A stretch of DNA of 64,000 nucleotides from the human T2T-CHM13v2.0 reference genome, Homo sapiens. This document shows positions 12,701 to 24,700 of the stretch, piece by piece. Made by a program: the position numbers and the translations under genes. The stretch lies in NCBI RefSeq assembly GCF_009914755.1, contig NC_060933.1; one strand, given 5' to 3'. Each line of letters starts with the position of its first letter. Within the stretch, counting starts at the first letter, position 1. A model generated the notes under the pieces. That model saw only the letters and a program-made list of their open reading frames with translations. It was not told the origin of the DNA and made no database searches.

Positions 12701-15700
12701 AAAAGGCTTTGAAGGCATTTCATAGCTCCACTTCCAAGCACTAATTTTCTGTAAGATCATAAAGAAAAGATGTTGAACTGGCTCATGGTTCTGCAGGCTT
12801 TAAAGGAATCATAGAGGCCTCTGCTTCTGGGAGGAATCGGGAAGCCTCCCAATCATACCAGAAGACCAAGCGGCAATGGGATGTTTCATATGGTAGAAGT
12901 AGGAGCAAGACAGAAGGAGGAAAGAGGTATCACACCCTGTTATACAACCAGATCTCATGACAACTCACTATGACAAAATCAGCATCAAGAAGATGATGCT
13001 TAATCATTGTTGAAAGATCTGTCCCCCCCAACACCCCCACCCCACCACTGTTTCCAGGTAGAAGCCTGTTGCAGAGCCAGAGCCTCTTGGAAAACCTCTA
13101 CTAGGGCAGTGCAGAAGGAAAATATGGGTTTGGAGCCCCCACACAGGAGGTTACCATCCTCCAGACCCCAGATTTATAGACCCACCAACAGCTCGCACCC
13201 TCAGTATGGAAAAGCTACAGGCACTCAACACCAGCCCAACCCATGAGAGCCGCCAAGGTACTAAACCCTGCAAAGCCACAGGTGCACCGCCCTAGTAGAG
13301 GTTTTCCATGAGGCTCTGCCTCTGCAGGAGGCTACTCCCACATCCTACCACCCACCACCCTCTCACCAGCTTACTGCCAACCTACTCCTCCCCACCCTAC
13401 CCACTTCTTTTTCCTTCTACCCGCAACCCCCTCCCATCCATGATTCAATCACCTCCCACCAGGCCCCACCTCCAACGTTCAGGAATACAATTTCCCATGA
13501 TCTTTTGTAGGAAAACACCACCAAACCATATTACTCTGACCCTGACACCCCTGAATCTCATGTCCTTCTCACAGAGTAAAATACAAACAAGCCTTTTCAG
13601 AAGTTTCCAAAAGTCTTAACTCATTCCAGCAGTAACTCAAATATAAAAAAGATTAAAGTCTCAAACAACACGAGGCTGCAGTCCCTTCTGCTTCTGAGTC
13701 CCTGAATGTAAAAGGGAGTGCTTCTCTTTCACGATACAATGATGGTACAGGCATTGGGTAAGCTTTCTCAGTCCAATGGGAAGAAATTTTCCAGAAAAAT
13801 AACACAATTGGGACACAGGTCCAATGCAAGCCCAAAAGCCAGGAGAGTATGTACGCATTCATCACGAGAACTCACTTTCACACAGACAGCATTAAGGAGA
13901 TACTGTTTAACCATTTGTGAAAGATCTGCCCCCCCAGCCCCATCTTTCACCCCCACCCCCAGCATAAACCCCCCAAACTTACCACACCCTCACTTCCAAT
14001 CCCAACTGTCCGCTGTGATTAAATCACCATCTACCAAGCACCACTTTTAACATTCCCCATCACAATTCTACATGAGTTTTGGTTGGGGCACAGAGACAAA
14101 TCATATAGTTCTGCCCCTGGCCTTCCAAATCTCATGTTACTTTCACTTTGCAAAATACAGTGATGTCTTCTCTACAGTCCCCCGAAGTCTTAACTCATTC
14201 CAGCATTTACTCAAATGTCCAAAGCCCAAAGTCTCATCTGAGACAAGGCTGCAGTCCCTTCTATCCCTGAGCCTCTGAAATACAAAGCAAGTTAACTACT
14301 TTCAAGGTACAATGCTTGTCCAGGCATTGGGTAAGCAGTCCCAGCCAAAAGGAAGAAATTTGCCAGAAAGAAGCACAAAACACAGATGGGACTTACAGAC
14401 CCCATGCAAGTCAAAAACCCAGCAGGCCAGTCATTCCATCGTAGAGCTCCAAGTCATATTTTTTGAATCTACATCCCACATCCAGAGAAGAGGGTGGTTT
14501 AATGGCTGGTCTCCCAAAGCCTTGGGCAGCTCAGCACCTGTGGTATGGCAAGGTCTTTCCCCAAAGCTGCCCTCATGGGCTGGGCTGCTGTTGAGTGCCA
14601 GTAGCTTTTCAACACTAAGGGTGCAAGCTGTTGGTGGGTCTATGAATCTGGGGTCTGGAGAATGGTGCCTCCCAGTGTGGGGGCTCCCACCGTATATGTT
14701 CCTTCTATACCATCCTTGTAGAGGTTTACCACGAGGCTCTGTCTGTTGGAAAAGCTTCACCTGGAAACCCAGGATTTTCCATACATACTCTGGAGTCTAG
14801 AAGATGAAGACTCCGAAGTTTCTCGTCTTGTGCTCTGTGTACCTGCTGACTTAACACTATGTGGAAGCCACCAAGGCTTGGAGCTTGCACCCCTGAAGTA
14901 GTGACCCAAGCTGTACCTGTGCATCTTTCAGCCATGGCTGCAGCAGGAGCTACAGGGATGTAGGCAGCATTGTCCTGAGGCTACACACAGCAGGGGACCA
15001 TGGGGCTGGGCCAGGAAACCATTCTGTCCTAGAAAACCATTCTTCTGTCCTAGGCTTCAGGGCCTGTACAGCAAGGGCTGCTGCAAAGGTCTCTGAAATG
15101 CCTTCAAGGCCTTTTCCCTGTTGTCTTGGCTATTAGCACTGGGCTCCATTTTATGCAAGCTTCTGAAGCTGTCTTGAATTTTCCCACTGAAAATCAGGTT
15201 TTCTTTTTGACCACTTGACCAGGCTGCAAATTTTTCAAACTTTTAAGCTCTGCTTCTCATTTAAATATGTTTCTAACTGAGGTCATTTATTTGGTCACAT
15301 AGAAGACCAGGACACAGACAGGACACCTCTTGAGCTTTGCTGCCAAAAGTTCATTCTGCCGGATACACCCGAAACATCACCCTCAAGTTCAAAGTTTCAC
15401 AGATCTCCAGGTTAGGGGCATCATGCAGTGACATTCTTTGCTAAAGCAAAACAAATGTAACCTTGGCTCCTGTTCCCAGTAAACTCCTCATTTTCATCTG
15501 AGACCTTCTAAGCCTGGCCTTTACTGTCCATCCTTCTGTCACCCTTTTAATTATAACTATTTAACAAGTCTCTACAATGGTCCAGACTTTCCCTCATCTT
15601 CCTGTCTTCTTCCAAGTCCTCCAAACTCTCCAACCTCTGGCTGTTAGACAATTCTCAACCTGCTTCTACATTTTCAGCTCTCTTTGTTGCAGCCTGTCAG

Positions 15701-18700
15701 TGTGGTAAAAGAAGAAAAGTCCATTCACAGGGGGAAAATTCATGCAGGCTACAGATATTTGCATGAAAAGAAGCTGAGAGCTGATTACCAAGACAAGAAG
15801 GAAAAGACCTTGAAGGCATTTCATACCTCCACTTCAGAGCACTAATTTTCTGTAAGATCATAAAGAAAAGATGTTGAACTGGCTCATGGCTCTGCAGGCT
15901 TTAAAGGAATCATAGAGGCTCCTGCTCCTAGGAGGAATCATGAAGCCTCCCAATCATACCAGAAGACCAAGCAGCAATGGGCTATTTTATATGGCAGAAG
16001 TAGGAGCAAGACAGAGAAAGGAGAAGGTTCCACACTGTTATACAATGAGATCTCATTGGAACTCAGTATCACAAGGTCAGCATCAAGAAGATGGTGTTTA
16101 ACCATTGGTGAAAGATCCACCCCCTACCACCACCCCACCCCCCCACTGTTTCCAGGCAGAAGCCTGTTGCAGAGGCAGAGCCTCTTGCAAAAACTTACGA
16201 GGGCAGTGCAGAAGGAAAATATGGGCTTGGAGCCCCCATGCAGGAGGCCACCATCCTCCAGATCCCAGATTCATAGACCCACCAACACCTCACATTCTCA
16301 GTGTGGAAAAGCTACAGGCACACAAGAACAGACCAGCCCATGAGAGCAGCCATGGGGCTAAATCCTGCAAAGCCACAGGTGCACTGTCCTAGTAGAGGTT
16401 TTCCATGAGCCTCTGCCTCTGCAGGAGGCTACTCCCCCTTCCTACTACCCACCACCCTCCCACCACCCTACTGCCAGCCTACACCTCCCGACCCTACACA
16501 CTTGTTTTTCCTTCCACCCCCACCAATCTCCCATTTATGGTTCAATCACCTCCCACCAGGCTGCACTTCCAACATTCGGGAGCACAATTCCCCATGAGTT
16601 TTTGTAGGTAAACACAGCCAAACCATTTTATTCTGACCCTGAGACCCCCTAATCTCATGTCCTTCTCACAGAGCAAAATACAAACGTGCCTTTTGAAAAG
16701 TTTCCAAAAGTCTTAACTCATTCCAGCAGTAACTCAAATGTAATAAGTTCAAGTTTCATCCAGGACAATGCTGCAGTCCCTTCTGCCTATGAGTCTCTGA
16801 AGGGAAACGGGAGTTCTTTTCTTTCAAGTTACAGTGATGGGTAAGCTTTCTCAATCCAAAGGGAAGATTTTCCCAGAAAAATAACACAATTGGGACACAG
16901 GCCCAGTGCAAGCCCAGAAGCCAGCAGGAGAGTATTCATTTATCATGAGAACTCACTATCACACAGACAGGATTAAGGAGATAGTGTTTAACCATTTGTG
17001 AAGGATCTGCCCCGGTCTCCATGTTTCACGACCACCCCCACCATGAACCCCCATTCTTCTCACACCCACACTTCCAACCCCCACTGTCCACCATGAATAA
17101 ATCACCTTCCACCAAGCCCCAGCTTTAACATTCCCCATTACAATTACACATGAGTTTTGGTAGAGGCACAGAGCCAAATCATATTATTCTGCCCCTGGCC
17201 CCCCAAATCTCATGTCCCTCTCACACTGCAAGATACAATGATGCCTTCTCTACAGCCCCCCAAAGTCTTAACTCATCCCAGCATTTACTCAAATGTCCAA
17301 AGCCCAAAGTCTCATCTGAGACAAGGCTACAGTCCCTTCTATCCCTGAGCCTCTGAAATACAAAGCAAGTTAACTACTTCCAAGGTATAATGCTTGTCCA
17401 GGCATTGGGTAAGCATTCCCAGACAAAAAGAAGAAATTTGCCAGAAAGAAGTGCAAAACACAGATGGGACTTACAGACTCCATGCAAGTCAAAAACCTAG
17501 CAGGCCATTCATTCTATCCTACAGCTCCAAATAATCTTTTTTGAAACTACATCTCACATCCAGAGCACAGGGTGGTGAGATGGCTGGGCTCCCAAGGCTT
17601 TGGGCAGCTCAGCACCTGTGGCATGGCAGGGTCTTTCCCCAAAGCTGCCCTCAATGGCTGGGCTGCTGTTGAGTGCCAATAGCTTTTCAACACTAAGAGT
17701 GCAAGCTGTTGGTGGGTCTATGAATCTGGGGTCTGGAAAATGGCGCCTCCCTGTATGGGGGCTCCAACCCTATATGCTTGTTCTGCAATGCCCGAGTAGA
17801 GGTTTACCATGAGGCTCTGCCTGTTGGAAAAGCTTCTGCCTGGACACCCAGGCTTTCCCATACATGCTCTGGAGTCTAGACAAAGGCTCCAAAGCCTCTA
17901 GTTTTGTGCTGTGTGTACCTGCTGGCTTAACACTATGTGGAAGCCACAAAGGCTTGGAGCTTGCACCCCTGAAGCAGTGACCCAAGCTGTGCCTGTGCAT
18001 CTTTCAGCCATGGCTGGAGCTGGAGATGAAGGTGTAGGGGTGCAGGCAGCAGTGTCCTGAGGCTGCACATAGTAGTGGGGCCATAGGGCTGGCCCAGAAA
18101 AAACATTCTTTTTTCCTAAGCCCCAGGGCCAGTGACAACAAGGGCTGCTACAAAGGTCTTTGAAATGTCTTCGAGGCCTTTTTTCCCATTGTCTTGAATT
18201 ATTAGCACTGGGCTCCTTTTTTATGCAAATATCCAAAGGCTTCTGGAATTTTCTCCCTGAAATTCAGCTTTTCTTTTTGACCACTTTGCCATGTTGCAAA
18301 TTTTCCAAAGGATTAAGCTCTGCTTCTCATTTAAATATAAGTTTCAACTCAAGGTCATTTCTTTGGTCACACATAATACCACAGGCTGTTCGACGTAGGC
18401 AGGACAACTCTTGAGCTTTGCTGCTTAGAAGTTCATTCCACCAGATAGACCCTAAATCTTCACCCTCAAGTTCAAAGTTTCCCAGATCTCCGGAGCAGGG
18501 ACACTGTGCAGCCAAATTCTTTGCTAAGGCAAAAGAACAAAACCTTGGCCCCTGTTCCCAGTAAGTTTCTCATTTTCATCTGAGAGCTTCTAAGCCTGGC
18601 CTTCACTGTCCATCCTTCTGTCAGCCTTTTAATCACAACTAACAAGTCATTACAATGGTCCAAACTTTCCCTCATCTTCCTGTCTTCTTCCAAGCTCTCC

Positions 18701-21700
18701 AAACGCTCTAACCTCTGGCCATTACCGAATTCCGAACCTGCTTCTACATTTTCAGCTATCTTTGTCGCAGCCTGGCAATGTGGTAAAAGAAGAAAAGTCC
18801 ATTATCTGGGGAAAACTTCAAGAAGGCTTCAGATATTAGCATCAAAGAAGCCCAGTGCTACCAGCCAAAAGATTGGGGAAAAGGCCTTGAAGGCATTTCA
18901 TAGCTTCACTTCACAGCATTGATTTTCTGCATGTACATAAAGAAAAGAGGTTGAATTGACTCACAGTTCTGGAGGCTGTAAGGAAAGCATAGTGGTTTCT
19001 GCTTTCAGGAGGACTCAGGAAGCCTCCCATTTATACCAGAAGGCCAAGCAGCAATGAAATGTTTCATATTCCAGGAGTAGAAGCAAGACAGAGGAAAGAT
19101 GCCACATCCTGTCATACAACCAGATCTCAAGAGAACTCAGTATCAGGAGATCAGCATCAAGAAGATGGTGCTTAACTATTGGTGAAGGATCCACCCAATA
19201 CCCCACATCCACCCCCCAGTGTTTCCAAGCAGAAGTCTGAGGCAGAGGCAGAGCCTCTTGGAAAACCTCTACTAGGGCAGTGCAGAAGGAAAATATGGGT
19301 TTGGAGCCCCCACGCGGGATACCACCATCCTCCAGACCCTAGAGTCATAGACCCACCAAAAGCTCCCACCCTCAGTATGGAAAAGCTACAGGCACTCAAC
19401 ACCAGCCCAGTCCATGAGAGCAGCCATGGGGGCTAAAGCCTGCAAAGCCACAGGTGCACTGCCCTAGTAGAGGTTTTCCATGAGCCTCTGCCTCTGTAGC
19501 AGGCTACTCCCACTTCCTACTACCCACCACCCTCACACCACCCTACAGCCAACCTACTCCTCCAACGTTACCCACTTCTGTTTACTTCCAACTCCACCCC
19601 TCTCAAGTACAGGAATAAATCACCTCCCACCAGGCCACACCTGCAACATTTGGAATTACAATTTCCCATGTGTTTTGGTAGAGACACACAGCCAAACCAT
19701 ATTATTCTGACCCTGATCCCCCGAATATCATATCCTTCTCAGCGAGTAAAATACAATCTTGCCTTTTCAAAAGTTGCCAAAAGCCTTAACTCATTCCAGC
19801 GTTAACACAAATGTAAAAGGTTCAACATCTCATCTGAGAAAAGTCTACAGTCCCTTTTGCCTATGAGTCCCTGAATTTAAAAGGGAGGTCTTTTTTTCAA
19901 GGTACGATGATGGTACAGGCATTGGGTAAATTTTCTCAATCCAAAGGGAAGATATTTGTCAGGAAAGTAACACAAATGGGATCACAGGCCCAGTACAAGT
20001 CCAAAACCAAGCAGGACAGTATCTATTCAATCTTACAGCTCCAGAATCATCACGAGAACTCACCATCATGAGGAAAGCATTAAGGAGACGGTGTTTAACC
20101 ATTTGTGAGGGATGCTCCCCAACACCCACCTTTCACCCCTCACCCCCACCATAATCCCCCCATCCTCCCCAATCCCCACCTTCCAACCCCCACTGTCCTC
20201 CATGATTAAATCATCTTCCACCTGGCCCCACTTTTAACGTTTCCAATTACAATTCCAAATGAGTTTCTGTAGGGACACACAGCCAAATCTTATTCTGTCC
20301 CTGCCTCCCCCAATCTCATGTACTTCTCACTTTGCAAAATACAATGATGCCTTACCTACAGTCCCACAAGGTCTTAACTCATTCCAGCATTTACTCAAAT
20401 GTCCAAAGCCCAAAGTCTCATCTGAGAAAAGGCAGTCTCTTCTGCCCCTGAGCCTCTGAAATACAAACAAGTTAACTACTTCCAAGGTACAATGATTGTC
20501 CAGGCATTAAGAGTTCCCAGCCAAAAGGAAGATTTTTGCCTGAGAGAACAAAACATAAATGGGACTTACAGGCTCCATGAAAAGTCCAAAACCCAGCAGG
20601 CCAGTTATTCAAACCCACAGCTCCAAAGTCATCCTTTTTTAATCCTTGTCCCACATCCAGGGCACAAGGGCGTGAGGGCTGGGCTCCCAAGGCCTTGGGC
20701 AGCTCACCTGTGGCTTTGCAGTGTTCAGCCTGTGCAGCTGCCCTCATGGGCTGTGCTGGTGTTGAGTGCCTGGGGTTTCTAACCCATGGAGGGTGCAAAG
20801 CTCTTGGTGGGTCTATGAATCTGGGGTCTTCATGATGGTGGCCTCCAGTGTGGGGGCTCCAACCCCATATTTTCCTTCTGCACTGCCCTAGTAGAGGTTT
20901 CCCATGAGGCTCTGCCTTTTTGGCAGCCTTCTGTCTGGACACCCAGGCACTTTCATATATCTTCCAAAATATATATGGAGGATCTCAAGCCTCTGAACTA
21001 GTGCTCTGTGCACCCATTGGCTTAACACTGTGTGGAAGCCACCAAGGCTTATAGCTTGCACCTTCTGAAGCGGTGTCCCAAGCTGTACCTGTGCGTCTTT
21101 GAGACAAGGCTGGAGCTGGAGCTGCAGGGATGCAGGCAGCAGTATCCTGAGGCTGCACACAGCAGCAGAGCCATGGAGATGGCCCAGGAAACCATTCTTT
21201 TCTCCTAGGTCCCAGGGCCTGTGACAACAAGGGCTACTGCAAACATCTCTGAAATGCCTCCAAGGCTTTCTCCCCCATTGCGTTGGCTATTAGCACTGGC
21301 CTTCATTTTATGCAAATTTTTAAAGCCATCATGAATTTTCCCTCTGAAAATCAGCTTTTGTTTTGACCACTTGGCCAGGCTGCAAATGTTCCAAACTTTT
21401 GAGCTCTGCTTGTCATTTAAATATAAGTTGCAACTTGAGGTCATTTCCTCGGTCACACATAAAGGCACAGGCTGTTTGACACAGGGAGGACACGTCTTGA
21501 GATTTGCTGCCTAGATGTTCATTCCACCAGATACACCCTGAATCATCAACCTCAAGTTTAAAGTTTCACAGATCTCCAGGGCAAGGTCACCCTGCAGCCA
21601 TGTTCTTTGTTACAGCAAAACAAAAGTAACCTTGGCTCCTGTTCCCAGTAAGTTCCTCATTTTCATCTGAGACCTCATAAGCCTGGCCTTCACTGTCCCT

Positions 21701-24700
21701 CCTTCTGTCAGCATTTTAATCACAAGTATTTAACAAGTCTCTACAATGGTCCAAACTTTCCTTCATCTTCCTGTCTTCTTCCAAGTCCTCCAAACTCTCC
21801 GACCTCTGGCTGTTAGCCACTTCTGAACCTGCTTTTATATTTTCAGCTATCTTTGTCACAGCCTGGCAATGTAGAAGGAAAAAAAGTCCATTTTCAGGGG
21901 CAAACTTCAAGAAGGCTTCAGATATTTGCACTAAAAGGAAGACCAGTATTAATAGCCAATGTGATGGGGAAAAGTCATTGAAGACATTTCATAGCTTCAA
22001 TTCGCAGTACTAATTTTCTGTAAGATCATAACAAAAAGGGGTTTAATTGGCTTATAGTTCTGCAGTAGGCTGTAAAGAAAGCATAGTAACTTCTGCTTCT
22101 GGGAGGACTCAGGAAGCCTCTCAATTATACCAGAAGGACAAGCAGCAATAAAATGTTGCATATGGCCAGAGTAGGAGCAAGACAGAGAGAGGAAAGAGGT
22201 GTCACAGCCTGTTATACAACCAGATCTCATGAGAACTCAGTATCACAAGGTCAGCATCAAGAAGATGGTGCTTAACCATTGGTGAAAGATCCACCCCCCA
22301 ACACACTTCCACCCCTCACTGTTGCCAGGCAGAAGCCTGCTGCAGAGGCAGAGCCTCTTGGAAAACCTCTACTAGGGCAGTGCAGAAGGAAAATATGGGC
22401 TTGGAGCCCCTATGCAGGAGGCCACCATCCTCCAGACCCCAGATTCATAGACCCAACAACAGCTCATACTCTCAGTATGGAAAAGGTACAGGCATTAAAC
22501 AACAGCCCAGCCCATGAGAGCAGCCACGGGGCTAAAGCCTGCAAAGCCACAGGGGCACTGTCCTAGTAGAGGTTTTCCATGAGCCTCTGCCTCTGCAGCA
22601 GGCTACTCCCCCTTCCTACTACCCACCATCCTATGGCCAGCCTACTCGTCCCCACCCTCCCCACCCCTTTTTCCTTACACCCCCACCCTCCTTCCATCCA
22701 GGATTAAATCACCTCCCACCAGGCTTCACCTCCAAAATTCAGGATTACACTTCCACATGAGTTTTTCTAGGGAAACACAGCCAAACCATAGTATTCCGAA
22801 CTTGACCCTTCCAAATCTCATGTCCTTCTCACAGGGTAAAATACAATCATGCCTTTTCAAAAGTTTCCAAAATCCTTAACTCATTCCAGCATTAACTCAA
22901 ATATAAAAAGTTCAAAGTCTCATCCGAGACAAGGCTACAGTCTCTTACGCCTATGAGTCTCTGAAGTTAAAATGGAGTTCATTTCTTTAAAGGTACAATG
23001 ATGACACAGGTATTGGGTAAGCTGTCTTAATCCAAGGGGAAGAAATTTCCCAGAAAAATAACACAAATGGGACCAGAGGCCCAATGCACATCCAAAACCC
23101 AGCAGAACAGTATTCATTCAATCTCACCGCCACAAAATCATGAAGAGAACTATCACAAGGACAGTATTAAGGAGATAGTGTTTAACCATTTGTGAAGGAT
23201 CTGCCCCCCACCCGCCTTTCACCCCCAACCCCACCATAATTTTCCCCAATTCGCCCCACCACCCCCACCTTCCAACCTCCACTCTCCACCATGATTAAAT
23301 CACCTTCCACCTGCACCCCACCTTTAACATTTCCCATTACAGTTCCACATCAGTGGGACACAGAGCCAGATTGTATTATTCTGTGCCTGCCCCTGCAAAT
23401 TTGTCTTTCTCACATTGCAAAATACAATGATGCCTCTCCTACAGTCCCCCAAATCTTAACTCATTCCAGCATTTACTCAAATGTGTAAAGCCCAAAGTTT
23501 CATCTGAGACAAGGATACAGTCCCTTCCGCCCATGAGTCTCTGAATTATAAAGCAAGTTAACTACTTCCAAGGTACAATGATTGTACAGGCAATGGGTAA
23601 GCATTCCCAGCCAACAAAAGAAAAATTGCCAGAAACAAAAACAAAACACCGATGGGACTCACAGGATACATGAACGTCCAAAACCCAGTAGGCCAGTCAT
23701 TCAATCCTACAGCTCCAAAGTCATCCTTTTGGAATCCTTGTCCCACATCCACGGCACAGGAGTGTGAGGGCTGGGCTCCAAAGGCTTTGGGCAGATCTCC
23801 ACCTGTGGGTTTGCAGTGATCAGTCCCCGCAGCTGCCCTCATGGACGGGGCTGGTGTTGAGTGACTGTAGCTTTCCCACATTGAGGGGGCAAGCTGTTGG
23901 TGGGTCTATGAATCTGGGGTTTGAAGGATGGTGCCTCCCTGTGTGAGGGCTTCCACCTGATACATCCCTTCTTTCCCGCCCTAGTAAAGGTTTCCCATGA
24001 GGCTCTGCCTCTTGGAAAGGCTTCTGCCTGGACACCCAGGCTTTTCTGTACATCCTCTGGAGTCTAGACAGAGGCTCCCAAGCCTCTAGTCTCTTGCTCT
24101 GTGCACCTCCTGGCTTAACACTATGTGGAAGCCATCAAGGCTTGGAGCCACCTCTGAAGCAGTGACCCAAGCTGTACCTGTGCATCTTTCAGCCATGGCT
24201 GGAGCCGGATCTGCAGGGATGCAGGCAGCAGTGTCCTGAGGATGCACACAGCAGCCAGGCCATGGAGCTGGCCCAGGAAACAATTCTCTCCTCTTCCCCA
24301 GGGCCTATGACAGCAAGGGCTGCTGCAAAGGTCTCTGAAATGCCTTCAAGGCCTTTTCCCCATAGTCTTGGCTATTTGCACTGGGCTCTTTTTTTATGCA
24401 AATACTTTAAGTGCTCTTGAATTTTCCCCCTGAAAATCAGCTTTCCTTTTTGACCACTTGGCTAGGCTGCAAATTTTTCAAATTTTTGAGCTCTACTTCT
24501 CATTTAAATAGAAGTTGCAACTTGAGGTAATTTCTTAGGTCACACATAAGAACACAGGCTGTTGGATGTAGAGAGGACACCTCTTGAGCTATGCTGCCTA
24601 GATGCTCATTCCACCAGATACATCCTAAATCGTTACCCCCATGTTCACAGTTTCAGAGATCTCCAGGGCTAAGGCCAATCAAATATAACCTTGGCTCCTG

